50,281 nt of DNA, from the NCBI GenBank assembly GCA_050287085.1, contig JBNKBE010000032.1:1-50281 (forward strand), given 5' to 3'. The notes beneath the pieces are model-generated. The model was given only the letters and a program-made list of their open reading frames with translations. It was not told the DNA's origin and ran no database searches. Positions 9,515 through 19,374 of the stretch are shown piece after piece. This DNA comes from Polyangiaceae bacterium (GTDB taxonomy: Bacteria; Myxococcota_A; Polyangia; Polyangiales; Polyangiaceae). A program made the position numbers and the translations under genes. Numbering within the stretch: the first letter of the stretch is position 1; each line of letters opens with the position of its first letter.

Positions 9515-10078
9515 ATGCGGGGTGTTTTCCGCGTGAGTCGTTTGCGTGGCCTTCGCCTTCCGTTTTGCGTGTTGTGTTGCGCGCTGGGCTTTGTGGCGCC
9601 GGCGGACGCAGGTGCCGGAGACGTCGCATCGTTGAGCGCGTTGAAGGCCGCCTACGCGCTTCACTTCGTCAACCTAGTACGCTGGGAACAGCCGCATTCT
9701 AAGTTGCGCTTCTGTGTCTTCGGTGAGTCCGAGAGCGGCGACCGAATGCTGGGCACGCTCCACAATCGAGTTGTGCACGGCCAGACGATCCGAACTCGTC
9801 CCATGCGGCGCGACTCGGTGCGAGAGCGTCGCTGCGACGTCGTTTTCATCCCCAACAGCTACGCCATTCACGCTCCTGCGCTGCTCACGTACTACCGAAA
9901 TAGTGCGACCCTCACCATCAGTGACATTCCGGGCTTCGTTGCCGACGGGGGGGTCATTGGCTTTGTTGTCGTCGGAGATCGGCTTCGATTCGACATCAAC
10001 CAAGGCGCAGCGGACAGAAAGCGGCTGAGCGTTAGCGCGAAGCTACTGGAATTGGCCCGGGAGGTCGTTAACCAATGA
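9515..10078 (+). CDS. YfiR family (DUF4154) periplasmic protein
   Basis: Signal peptide; [52 protein letters not shown]. Start uncertain (ORF opens at 9437). Confidence 0.88.
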   Translation: MRGVFRVSRLRGLRLPFCVLCCALGFVAPADAGAGDVASLSALKAAYALHFVNLVRWEQPHSKLRFCVFGESESGDRMLGTLHNRVVHGQTIRTRPMRRDSVRERRCDVVFIPNSYAIHAPALLTYYRNSATLTISDIPGFVADGGVIGFVVVGDRLRFDINQGAADRKRLSVSAKLLELAREVVNQ

Positions 10079-12288
10079 CCTCCGCGGGGCGAGCTAGCGG
10101 TCGCTCGATACGCTTGCGACTCACGATGGTCATCATGGCCACCGTCACCGCGACGCTTCTCGTCGGATACGTATCGCTTCTGGTTTACGATGACGCGCAA
10201 AGTCGACGAGCGTTGGTTTCGGAAGCGGAAACCCTGTGTGGAATCATTGCCGATCGTACCGCCTACGCCCTGGCCTTTGGCGACGCGGAAGCGGGGCGTA
10301 GCAGTTTGGCGGTGCTCGCGAGCCACCCTTCCGTTTCAGCAGCTGCGATACTAGACGCCGAGGGCGCGATGTTTGCGAGCTATGCCCATGAGGACGCTAC
10401 GGCGACATTTCCGGCAATCAAGGCATGGCCCCAAACCACCTTCTTTCAGGATGATGCCATCTGGACACTGCAGACCATTGAGGCTTCCGGGCAGCGTGTT
10501 GGATACGCGGCGCTGCGCATGAGTCAGGAGGCGCTTCACCGTCGGGCCCGGGATCTGATCGCGATTGTTGGGCTGGTCCTGGGTGCGTCCTTGGTTCTGG
10601 CATTCCTGGTTTCTTGGTCACTGCAACGCATTATCACTGCGCCAGTGCTTCACTTGGTACAAGTCGCGCAGCGAATGTCCCGCGCCGATGCGGCTGCTGG
10701 CGAGCGCGCCAAGCGAAGCGGCGTTACAGAACTCGACGTACTAGCGGACGCCTTCAACGTCATGCTCGCGGGGATTGAGCAGCGCGACGAAACGTTGCGT
10801 GAGGCCAACCAAGAATTAGAATCGCGAGTTGCTCAGCGTACCATGGAGCTGGTTGCCGCCAAGGAAGAGGCGGAGCGCGCCAATCGGGCAAAGAGCGCGT
10901 TTCTGTCCAACATGAGCCACGAGCTCCGGACACCGCTGAACGCTGTGCTTGGCTTTTCGCAGCTGCTGCGCGACGCTCCAGATGTTACCCAGGAGCAGGC
11001 GCAGAACCTCGATATCATCAAGCGTAGTGGGGAACGTTTGTTGAAGATGATCAACGACGTTCTCGAAATCGCTCGCATCGAAGCGGGCCGATTGCAGCTG
11101 CAAGAGATGGCGTTTGATCCACGTGAAGTGCTCAACGAAACGCGTGCGCTGATGTATGTCAAGGCGGCAGAGAAGGGCCTTGCGTTCTTGTTGGAGCTAG
11201 ACCCAGGGCTTCCTGGTCGCATCCGCGCAGACGAAAGAAAGCTCGAGCAGGTTCTGCTCAATCTGGTGGACAACGCGATCAAGTATGCAGGTGCGGGTAG
11301 CGTGAGCCTTCGTGCAAAGGTGGTGGCGCGGCGGCTCTCAGGACGAGTGAAGATCCGGTTCGAGGTGGAGGACACGGGGCCCGGCATCGCGGAACAGGAT
11401 ATCGAGCGGGTGTTTTCGCCTTTCGTGCGCCTGACGGAGCATCAGTCGTCCGAGGCGGGCACCGGACTTGGGCTCGCGTTGTGTCGCGAATATGTCGAGT
11501 TGCTGGGGGGCAAGATCGCGGTCGAGAGTCGACCCGGTAGTGGTGCTCTATTTCACTTTGAGCTGGAGGTGGACGTCGCCCAGGCGGACACTCGTCCTCC
11601 CTCGGTACGCAAGCAGGTGAGCGGATTGGCGCCCGGACAAGCGCGTTATCGTATCCTGATCGCCGAAGATGAGTTGGAGTCGCGTCAGCTGCTCAGGCGT
11701 TTGCTCGAGCCCCTCGGTCTTCCCGTGCGTGATGTCGCCAATGGAATGGACGCTGTTAGGGTGGCTCACGAATTTTCGCCGCATCTGATCTTCATGGACA
11801 TCCGCATGCCCGTCATGGACGGGCTGGAGGCAGCACGCTTGATTCGTGCCAGTCCCGAGGGGCAGAGTATTAAGTTGGTGGCGGTGACCGCTCATGCGCT
11901 CGAGGAGGAGCGGCAGCGGATCCTATCGGCAGGATTCGACGGGTTCATTCGGAAGCCGTATCGGGACACGGACATTTTCCGCGCCATCGAGATCCAGTTG
12001 GGGGCTGTCTTCAAGTTTCACGAGGGCGACGAAGCCGCCGCACCGACAAAGTCTCCAACCGTAGACGAGTGTGTGTTGACTCGGTTGCCCCCCGTGGTGT
12101 TCGATGAGCTGATGGCCGCGGTTGAGTTGTTGGACAGCGCGGCCATCCTCGAGGCCATCGAGCGCGTATCGACCATTGAGCCCGGGCTGGCAGAAGGGTT
12201 GCGCGACATGGCGCTCGCACTTCGCTATCGCGAGCTCCTGACCGTGCTCGACCGGGTGGGCGCATCGAATGCGTCGAGAGCCGTGTAG
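10075..12288 (+). CDS. Membrane hybrid sensor histidine kinase (periplasmic sensor-HAMP-HisKA-HATPase-REC)
   Basis: Two TM helices, HAMP, H-box [15 protein letters not shown]-box [10 protein letters not shown]-boxes DTGPGI/GTGLGL, REC ([12 protein letters not shown]). ATGA overlap with yfiR. Confidence 0.93.
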   Translation: MTSAGRASGRSIRLRLTMVIMATVTATLLVGYVSLLVYDDAQSRRALVSEAETLCGIIADRTAYALAFGDAEAGRSSLAVLASHPSVSAAAILDAEGAMFASYAHEDATATFPAIKAWPQTTFFQDDAIWTLQTIEASGQRVGYAALRMSQEALHRRARDLIAIVGLVLGASLVLAFLVSWSLQRIITAPVLHLVQVAQRMSRADAAAGERAKRSGVTELDVLADAFNVMLAGIEQRDETLREANQELESRVAQRTMELVAAKEEAERANRAKSAFLSNMSHELRTPLNAVLGFSQLLRDAPDVTQEQAQNLDIIKRSGERLLKMINDVLEIARIEAGRLQLQEMAFDPREVLNETRALMYVKAAEKGLAFLLELDPGLPGRIRADERKLEQVLLNLVDNAIKYAGAGSVSLRAKVVARRLSGRVKIRFEVEDTGPGIAEQDIERVFSPFVRLTEHQSSEAGTGLGLALCREYVELLGGKIAVESRPGSGALFHFELEVDVAQADTRPPSVRKQVSGLAPGQARYRILIAEDELESRQLLRRLLEPLGLPVRDVANGMDAVRVAHEFSPHLIFMDIRMPVMDGLEAARLIRASPEGQSIKLVAVTAHALEEERQRILSAGFDGFIRKPYRDTDIFRAIEIQLGAVFKFHEGDEAAAPTKSPTVDECVLTRLPPVVFDELMAAVELLDSAAILEAIERVSTIEPGLAEGLRDMALALRYRELLTVLDRVGASNASRAV

Positions 12289-12376
12289 ATTGAGGGTTTC
12301 GCTCGGCCGGTGTTCGGGTTAACGTCCGCCCCCGTCAGCAGTTTCGCTGACTACCAGCGCTTGGTGAGTTCGTGCA

Positions 12377-12417
12377 TTTGGAGCGACAGTCTTTCGAGCG
12401 ACAGTCTTTGGAGCGAC
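12377..12417 (+). repeat. 15-bp direct repeat (tttsgagcgacagtc) x2.7 in the intergenic region
   Basis: tttggagcgacagtc tttcgagcgacagtc tttggagcgac is directly visible about 50 bp upstream of the next kinase start. Confidence 0.8.
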
Positions 12418-12468
12418 GTGCCATCGATAGCGGGAGCCCCCCGCGTGCGCGACCCGGAGGAGTCCCGC

Positions 12469-14976
12469 GTGAACGAGACTGAGGCCGAGCAAGTGCTCGT
12501 CGTGGACGATACCCACGCGAGTTTGAAGCTGCTTGGCGATATCTTGACCGAGGCGGGCTACCGAGTCCGTCTTGCCTCCGACGGTGAAGTAGCCCTTCGC
12601 AGTGCATTGCAGCATGCTCCAGCGTTGATCCTGCTGGACATCAGAATGCCGGGGATGAATGGCTACGACGTATGTAAGCAGCTGAAGGCGGACGAGCGAA
12701 CTCGTTCCGTACCCGTCATCTTCTTGAGCGTCGTTGATGACGAGCGCGAGAAGACCCTCGCCTTTCAGCTTGGCGCCGTCGACTACGTCAGCAAGCCTGT
12801 CCGCGCCGCGGAGGTGCTTGCGCGGGTCAGCACCCACCTTGCGTTGCGTCGCGCCCAGCACGAATTGGAGGTGCGGAACGCCGAGTTGGAGGCGGGGCGG
12901 CAGCTTCTGGAGAGGCGCGTTCGACAGCGCTCCGCTGAGCTGGAAGAAGCCAATCGTAGACTGCGGCTGCAGATGAAAGAGCAATTGCAGCTACATGACC
13001 AACTGCGGGAGTCTGAGGGGCGGCTCGCTCAGATTATCGACTTTCTCCCGGATGCCACCTTTGCGATCGATCTGGAAGGCAAGGTCATCGCGTGGAATCG
13101 CGCAGTAGAGGAGATGACGGGTGTTAAGGCCGTGGCGCCAGACGGCGGCGGCATGATCGGGCAGGGCGATAGAGCGTACGCACTGCCGTTTTACGGCCGA
13201 CGGCGCCCCCTCTTGATTGATCTGGTGCTCGACTCCACGGAGGAAGCCTCGTACGTGCGGTGTCAGCGCGTCGGAGGGCGGATAATAGGCGAGGGCTACG
13301 CCGAGTCCCCGCGCCTTGCGGGGGTCTACTTGCTCGGAACGGCTGCGCCTCTATACGACAACGAGGGGCGCTTGATCGGTGCGATCGAGTCGCTTCGAGA
13401 TATCAGCGATCGGAAGGAGAGCGAGGATGCGATTCGTGTGGCCAACGAGCGCTTTGCCTCCGTGCTTCGAGCCGCGACTGCGTACTCGATTATTGCTCTG
13501 CGGCCCGATGGCATCATCGAGGTCATGAATGAGGGCGCAGAACTCATGCTCGGCTATAGGGCGGATGAGCTGGTCGGAAAGGCGACTCCCGTGCTTTTTC
13601 ATGAGGCGGGGGAACTGGCAAAGTGTGCGCGAGAGCTCAAGTTGGAGCCGGGGGTGGAAGTGGTTGTGGGCCGGGCGCGGCGTGGCGAAATCGATACCCG
13701 CGAGTGGACCTACGTTCGGCGTGATGGCGCGCGATTGACCGTATCGTTGACCGTGGCGGCGATGCGGAGTCAAGTGGGCGCGTTTGCCGGTTTCATATGC
13801 ATTGCGCGCGACGTAACCGCTGAGAAGGCGCTCGAACAGCAGCTACTTCAGTCTCAGAAAATGGAGTGTTTGGGGTTGCTATCCGGCGGGGTAGCGCATG
13901 ATTTCAACAATCTGCTGACGCCTATTATGGGCTACGTGGAGTTGCTCAAGGGAGCCGTGGGGGACAATGGACCAGTGCTCGACGACCTCCTTGAGATCGA
14001 GCGTGCCGCGGTCAGTGCCAAAGAGCTGACGCAGCAGTTGCTCGCATTCGGTCGCAAGCAGCTGATCGAGCTGAAAGCGGTGGAGCTCCGCTCGGTGATT
14101 GAGCGGGCGGCAAACATCTTGCGTCGCACCATTCGCGAGAACGTTGCGATTGAGTTCGAGCTGGCCGCGTCACCTGCGATCGTGATGGCGGATGCGGGAC
14201 AGATCGAGTTGGTGCTCGTCAACCTGTCCATCAACGCGCAGGACGCGATGCCTCAAGGTGGAGTGCTTCGAATCGCGACCCGTCATGTTCAGCTCGAAGG
14301 GCATCGTGACATCAAGTGCGTCGAGCTCTGTCCAGGACCCTACGTAGTGCTTTCAGTGAGCGACTCGGGCGTGGGGATGGACCAGGAGACGGTTGAACGG
14401 ATCTTCGAGCCCTTCTTTACGACCAAGGAAGTCGGAAAGGGCACGGGTCTCGGGTTGTCCACGGTTTACGGCATTGTCCAACAGCACAGTGGCACCGTCA
14501 AGGTAAGCTCGGAGCCCGGGAAGGGCAGCACGTTCGACATCTACCTACCAGAGCTCAGCGATGTGGCGCCGACTCAGTATTCGGAACGTCCGGACACCGT
14601 TGAGCCGGGGACAGAAACGATACTGGTGGCGGAAGACAACTCCATGGTGCGTACGCTATTGGGGAGACTGCTGCCGGGTCTAGGTTATCGTACGATAATG
14701 GCGTCTAGCGCGGCTGAGAGTATCGACCTTGCGATGAATCGCAGGGAAGCGATCGATCTCCTGCTGACCGACGTCGTTATGCCAGATCTAAACGGGCGCG
14801 AGCTGCTTGAGCGAGTGCGACAGTATCGTCCACACATCAAGGTGCTGTTCATGTCTGGCTATACGACGGACGTGATTGGCCATCATGGTGTGCTGGATGA
14901 GGGAGTGCACTTTCTTTACAAGCCCTTCACGCTATCCGCCCTGTCGCTGAAGCTTCGAGAAGCTCTCGACGGCTGA
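12469..14976 (+). CDS. Cytoplasmic hybrid kinase REC-PAS-PAS-HisKA-HATPase-REC (CckA-like kinase core)
   Basis: GTG 12469 follows a GGAGGAG Shine-Dalgarno (the ORF track starts at 12310). REC ILLDIRMPGMNG, two PAS/PAC domains, H-box GVAHDFNNLL, FFTTK..GTGLGL, C-terminal REC. Confidence 0.93.
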   Translation: MNETEAEQVLVVDDTHASLKLLGDILTEAGYRVRLASDGEVALRSALQHAPALILLDIRMPGMNGYDVCKQLKADERTRSVPVIFLSVVDDEREKTLAFQLGAVDYVSKPVRAAEVLARVSTHLALRRAQHELEVRNAELEAGRQLLERRVRQRSAELEEANRRLRLQMKEQLQLHDQLRESEGRLAQIIDFLPDATFAIDLEGKVIAWNRAVEEMTGVKAVAPDGGGMIGQGDRAYALPFYGRRRPLLIDLVLDSTEEASYVRCQRVGGRIIGEGYAESPRLAGVYLLGTAAPLYDNEGRLIGAIESLRDISDRKESEDAIRVANERFASVLRAATAYSIIALRPDGIIEVMNEGAELMLGYRADELVGKATPVLFHEAGELAKCARELKLEPGVEVVVGRARRGEIDTREWTYVRRDGARLTVSLTVAAMRSQVGAFAGFICIARDVTAEKALEQQLLQSQKMECLGLLSGGVAHDFNNLLTPIMGYVELLKGAVGDNGPVLDDLLEIERAAVSAKELTQQLLAFGRKQLIELKAVELRSVIERAANILRRTIRENVAIEFELAASPAIVMADAGQIELVLVNLSINAQDAMPQGGVLRIATRHVQLEGHRDIKCVELCPGPYVVLSVSDSGVGMDQETVERIFEPFFTTKEVGKGTGLGLSTVYGIVQQHSGTVKVSSEPGKGSTFDIYLPELSDVAPTQYSERPDTVEPGTETILVAEDNSMVRTLLGRLLPGLGYRTIMASSAAESIDLAMNRREAIDLLLTDVVMPDLNGRELLERVRQYRPHIKVLFMSGYTTDVIGHHGVLDEGVHFLYKPFTLSALSLKLREALDG

Positions 14977-15544
14977 TTCTTGCGGCTGAAGGAAAGGGCC
15001 GACGGGTTTCGGTGGGCTGTTTTCGACAAGCCACTCCCCACAGAAGCATGAATGTCTCGACGGGTCGATTCCATCGAATTTCGGCCCAGAAACTGGCACT
15101 GACCAAAGATTTTTCCTACGCGCTTTTGACTCCGGGTGGAGCAGCTGGGGATTTGCAGGAGCGAGCGTCTCACGCCGAGTGGTACACGCCGCTGGTACAC
15201 GCTTTCCTTGATTGGCAGCTTCAGGTGGAGCCTGTGGCGTGCGATAAACGGCCCATGTCCACGGCGCTTCATACTGACTTGGCTCTGAGGTCAAGCGCGC
15301 AGCGCAGGGCTCGTTCGCCGGGGTGGGGGGCGTGTCAGCATGAGTCAAGGCGGCCGGAGTATGACTTCGGCATCGTCGAGTGCTGGCAATCGGGAGCCGG
15401 AGGCGTGCGATACGCCGTTGACAGCTTACTAGAGACCACTAACGGGAAAAGAGGCCGCGCGAGGGCAGAGGAAGGCGCGTGTTTCCCCTGGGTCGCGGAC
15501 GGCGGTGCGTGGCGGGAGGCACGCCCGTCGTCCCGCGTCTAGGG

Positions 15545-17281
15545 TCAAAGCTGATTGGCTTTGCGGCGTCTTCCGTCGTAGTCGAACAAGCGAGCCTGAA
15601 CTCGCAAGCCCCGCTTGAACTTGCGTGCAACGACGAAGTCTGGGCCGCGGAAGGTGCGGGCAGCGATGGCCTCCGCCTTCGATGCGACTGGCAATGGCTC
15701 CCCATTCACCGTTCTTCGGGCGAATAAACGATAGAAGATGGCTCGTTGCGAAGGATTGGCGACGTCGAAGCGCTCGCTCAATTCCGAGCCGTCTTCATCG
15801 TGGTAGGTGACCACCACATGCGTGCCGACGGCGCGCAGCGTCATGCCAGCGGTGCGCTGCACGCAGGCGTCTTTGAGTCCAAGTGCTGCTTTGAGGATAT
15901 CGTCCGGATCGCTGAGTGCAGCGGAGCACTCGCTGCAAGTTCGCGCCGCGGTGTCGTTCTCAGCGCCGCAGCGACCGCATTGCTTGAAGCGAAAGCGGAA
16001 CGTGCACTGCTTGCGGACGTTGTGTTCTGCGGTGATGAGCCCATGACATCGCCGGCCGAAGTGTTCGAGGACCTCTCCGCCTTCGCCCATGTGCCCCCAG
16101 AACGTGTTGTCATGACCACACTGCGGACAAGGCACCGAGACGGGTACGCTGCTTGAGTCTGGACGAGCCGTTCCGACTTCGGCGTGAAAGACGCTGAAGC
16201 CGTTGCCGGCATAGTCGACGACGAGGCAATCAGCCTTGCCAGGGCTTGGGCGGAGGCCGCGTCCCACAATCTGTTGCCATAGGGCAACCGACTCGGTACT
16301 GCGCAGGATGGCGATGAAGTCCACGTGGGGAGCATCGAATCCGGTGGTGAGGACCGCCACGTTGACGAGAAATTTCAGCTGCTGCTTCTTGAACAGTGCA
16401 ATCGTCTGGGCGCGCTCTCCGGCCGCAGTCTCACCTACAATCAGTGCGGTTTGCTCGGGCGGCAGGTAGCTGTATAGCTCGCGAGCGTGTTCCACCGTCG
16501 CGGCAAATAGCATCACGCCTCTGCGTTTGGCAGCGAGCGCTAGCACCTGTTCCGCGATGGCTCGAGTAACTCGTGGATGACGCATCACCAGTCGGTTCGC
16601 CGCTTTTTCTTCATTGCCGTGCTCAGCGAACTCATATTCCGCGATCGGCGCATCAACGATGCGCGGCGGAATCAGGTACCCGTCTCGTAGCAGCTCGGCC
16701 AGCGTCAGGTCGTAGACGCAGCGCACGAATGGTGTTGTGCCTTCGGTTGCCACCGCGCGCCGCGGGTGAGAGCGATACACCCACCCCAGGTCAAGGCGGT
16801 AGGGGGTCGCCGTCAGCCCTAGCAGCCGCAGGCTCGGATTGGTCTGGCCGAGCGCTGCCAATAGCTGTTGATACTGACTGTCCTCTTCCACGCCCACGCG
16901 GTGGCACTCGTCTACGATCACCAGGGAGTAGCTGCTCGTGAACGAGTCGAGGTTTCGATGCGCAGATTGAATAGTGGCGAAGGTTGTCTTGGCGCTTGCG
17001 TTCTTGTGGCCAAGCCCGCCGACAAACAAGCCAGCATCGACACCGAGCGCACTGGCTTTCTCAAAGTTCTGGCTGCAGAGCTCTGCAACGTGGGCGAGCA
17101 CGAGCACGCGACCGCGCGCGATCGCCGCCAGCTCGGCGATGACCACGCTCTTGCCGGCGCCTGTGGGCAGCACCAAGCAAGCGCTGTCGGTGCTCGAGCG
17201 GAAATGGGCCAGCACGGCTTGAACCGCGTCGCGCTGATAGGGGCGCAGCGAGTACGTGGGGCTCGGTTGGGGCGGCAGCAT
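15545..17281 (-). CDS. radD: SF2 DNA repair helicase RadD/YejH-like with C-terminal Zn finger
   Basis: LRPYQ, LPTGAGKS, DECH, GLTATPYRL, VLTTGFDAP, QIVGRGLR, CPQCG...C...C and CGRCG..N....RTCSEC. Closely resembles E. coli YejH as recalled. Start taken at ATG 17281 because the upstream codons overlap a terminator. Confidence 0.85.
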   Translation of the reverse strand: MLPPQPSPTYSLRPYQRDAVQAVLAHFRSSTDSACLVLPTGAGKSVVIAELAAIARGRVLVLAHVAELCSQNFEKASALGVDAGLFVGGLGHKNASAKTTFATIQSAHRNLDSFTSSYSLVIVDECHRVGVEEDSQYQQLLAALGQTNPSLRLLGLTATPYRLDLGWVYRSHPRRAVATEGTTPFVRCVYDLTLAELLRDGYLIPPRIVDAPIAEYEFAEHGNEEKAANRLVMRHPRVTRAIAEQVLALAAKRRGVMLFAATVEHARELYSYLPPEQTALIVGETAAGERAQTIALFKKQQLKFLVNVAVLTTGFDAPHVDFIAILRSTESVALWQQIVGRGLRPSPGKADCLVVDYAGNGFSVFHAEVGTARPDSSSVPVSVPCPQCGHDNTFWGHMGEGGEVLEHFGRRCHGLITAEHNVRKQCTFRFRFKQCGRCGAENDTAARTCSECSAALSDPDDILKAALGLKDACVQRTAGMTLRAVGTHVVVTYHDEDGSELSERFDVANPSQRAIFYRLFARRTVNGEPLPVASKAEAIAARTFRGPDFVVARKFKRGLRVQARLFDYDGRRRKANQL

Positions 17282-17312
17282 GAGGGTGCGATAGGTGATC
17301 CCGAGAAGCCAC

Positions 17313-17345
17313 AAAAAAGGAAGGGGCCGCAACCAGTGCGGCCCC
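17313..17345 (-). terminator. Rho-independent terminator of the RRM gene
   Basis: Minus strand GGGGCCGCA-ctggt-TGCGGCCCC-TTCCTTTTTT, about 30 nt after the RRM stop codon. Confidence 0.88.
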
Positions 17346-17377
17346 CGTTCACCTTTAGTGATTAGACAATAGAAATC

Positions 17378-17776
17378 TTACCAGTCTTCGCCTCTACCCC
17401 CTCGGCTACCACGATCACCTCCACCGCGACGGCTACCCTTGCCGCCCCGGCGACGATCACCGCCACCACCACCACCAAAGCCGCCGCCACCACCGCCACC
17501 GCCGCCGCCGAAGCCGCCCGCACGGGGGGCACGCTCCTGTGCTTCGTTGACCGTTAGCCGTCGTCCATCCAATTCCGCACCGTTCATTTGCTCAATCGCT
17601 GCCTGCGCCATGGCATCTTCAGCGAAGCTCACGAATCCGAAGCCGCGAGAGCGACCCGTTTCACGATCCGTGATGACCTTTGCGTCTTCAACGGTCCCAA
17701 ATTGCTCGAACGCGGCGCGAAGCCCATGGTCGTCCGTGTCCCAGCTGAGACTGCCTACGAAAAGTCGATTGCCCAT
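17378..17776 (-). CDS. RNA recognition motif (RRM) RNA-binding protein with Gly/RGG-rich tail
   Basis: RNP2 LFVGSL, RNP1 RGFGFVSF, LTVNEA, Gly-rich C-terminus. ATG 17776 is preceded by AAAGGAAG. Confidence 0.95.
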   Translation of the reverse strand: MGNRLFVGSLSWDTDDHGLRAAFEQFGTVEDAKVITDRETGRSRGFGFVSFAEDAMAQAAIEQMNGAELDGRRLTVNEAQERAPRAGGFGGGGGGGGGGFGGGGGGDRRRGGKGSRRGGGDRGSRGGRGEDW

Positions 17777-17796
17777 TGTCTTCCTTTTTCTCACGT

Positions 17797-18083
17797 GGGC
17801 AGGTTCATTATTAGTTGATCGAACCTGCCCTTTCTTACCTAGCGCCCTATCTGTTACTCGGGGTTGCGTACCGACAAGCATTCCGCCGTATCGTGCACCA
17901 CAAGCGGTGGCACCTTCTTGCGCCCTCGCCTTGTGGCGTGTGATGCTTCAGCATTCCGATCTATCAGTGTTCCGAACAACCTATTGGCCAGTCCTAGCTC
18001 CGACAAATGGCTGCCCGAGTAGGATCGACGCTCGCAGGCCGTTGCTAGTTCTGAAACGGGGTACGTCCTAACGACAGCCTGCG
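17797..18083 (-). other. Long structured putative 5' leader of the RRM gene (three or more hairpins)
   Basis: Stems: 17797-17830 (10-bp perfect), 17898-17936 (imperfect) and 18033-18083 (~16 bp with G-U pairs on the minus strand). TGCTATATC -10-like element near 18096-18104. Confidence 0.45.
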
Positions 18084-18287
18084 GGACGCAACTGGGATAT
18101 AGCACGGTCGTTTCGCCGGAAACTCCACATTTCGCCCTCGCCTTGGCGTTTTCCAGGGGTGCCGGGGGCTTCGTTTGCCCCTTTTTGTCCTGCTATTCTG
18201 TATAGCTGTGGCAGCTGCGCCAACGTGCCGCACCCCATGGGAGCTCCACCCACCCCGCCTCTCGGGGCGCGAGCTTGGGGCCCCAGA

Positions 18288-19298
18288 TCATCCGCCGATG
18301 TACGACATTTCGACTCTTGGGGGCAGGTTTCGGGTGCGGCTGGTGCGGAGCTCCGAATAAGCGTCACCGCGCGCCTGCCACAGCGCGGAAAGGGCGCTGC
18401 GCACCGCTTCCGCGGGGTCCGGTCCCCGCAGCTGGGGCCTCAAGTCCGTTCCGCGACTGGCAAATAGGCACGTGAAGAGATGTCCGTCGGCACTCAGTCG
18501 CGCGCGCGTGCAGCTTCCACAGAAGGGCGCGGTGACCGACGTAATGAGCCCGATTTCCGCCGAGCCGTCCTGATAGCGGTAGCGGCGAGCGACTTCACCT
18601 GGGTAGTTGGGATCGATGGGGGCGAGCGGCCCAACCGAAGCGACGAGGCTGAGCAGTTCGGCCGCTGTAACAACTTCCGCGAGCCGCCAGCCATTGGTCA
18701 AGCCCACGTCCATGAACTCGATGAAGCGTACGGTGATGCCGCGCTCTTTGAAGTAGCGTGCAATTTGGGGCACTTGATTCTCATTTTGACCCCGGCGTAC
18801 AACGCAGTTCACCTTCACGCCTAGGCCTTGGGCTTGGGCACACTCGATGCCCTCAAGCACCTCCGATGGGGTGTGGGTCGTCGCGCTCATTCGCTGGAAG
18901 ACCTCATTGTCCAGCGCGTCCAGGCTCACCGTGACCCGTTGTAGGCCGGCGTCGCGCAGTGCTTTGGCCCGCCCGGCGAGCAGCACTCCGTTGGTGGTCA
19001 GGGCCAATTCGGGTCCGAGCTTGGCCAGCAGCGCCACCAATTTCGGTAACCCATTGCGTAGGAGCGGTTCGCCGCCGGTGAGGCGCAATTTGCGGACCCC
19101 TAGCTCCGTTGCCGTTTCAGCCACCAGAGCGATCTCTTCAAAGGTGAGGATGCGCGGCTTGGGTAGGAAGCGAAAGCCAGGACCAAATACCTCTCGCGGC
19201 ATGCAGTAGTCACACCGGAAGTTGCAACGGTCCGTCACGGAGATCCGAAGGTCCCGAAGGGGGCGGGCGCGTGAATCGACGACGGGGGGTAGCGGCAT
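18288..19298 (-). CDS. moaA: GTP 3',8-cyclase (radical SAM, molybdenum cofactor biosynthesis)
   Basis: LRISVTDRCNFRCDYCMP, LTGGEP, RFIEFMDVG, FCGSCTRARL...TCLF, C-terminal MSYIGG. Confidence 0.97.
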   Translation of the reverse strand: MPLPPVVDSRARPLRDLRISVTDRCNFRCDYCMPREVFGPGFRFLPKPRILTFEEIALVAETATELGVRKLRLTGGEPLLRNGLPKLVALLAKLGPELALTTNGVLLAGRAKALRDAGLQRVTVSLDALDNEVFQRMSATTHTPSEVLEGIECAQAQGLGVKVNCVVRRGQNENQVPQIARYFKERGITVRFIEFMDVGLTNGWRLAEVVTAAELLSLVASVGPLAPIDPNYPGEVARRYRYQDGSAEIGLITSVTAPFCGSCTRARLSADGHLFTCLFASRGTDLRPQLRGPDPAEAVRSALSALWQARGDAYSELRTSRTRNLPPRVEMSYIGG

Positions 19299-19374
19299 GG
19301 TGGACTGGAGGGGCGGGGGGCTTGTAGCTCTGCCCTAACGCAAATGCGGGGTCTTGGGCAGAGGCGGTACCAAT

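Noticed and set aside
12310..12468. N-terminal extension of the second hybrid kinase
   Set aside because: A strong GGAGGAG precedes GTG 12469, and the extension only translates the intergenic repeat.
15193..15208. Sigma54 promoter-like TGGTACA-N4-TTCC
   Set aside because: Lacks the conserved -12 GC and has no clear downstream gene.
15012..15542. 176-aa ORF in the convergent gap
   Set aside because: No recognisable motif, RBS or typical composition; treated as spurious pending expression data.
17439..17520. (GGC/GGT)n-like low-complexity tract
   Set aside because: Simply encodes the Gly-rich tail typical of bacterial RRM proteins.
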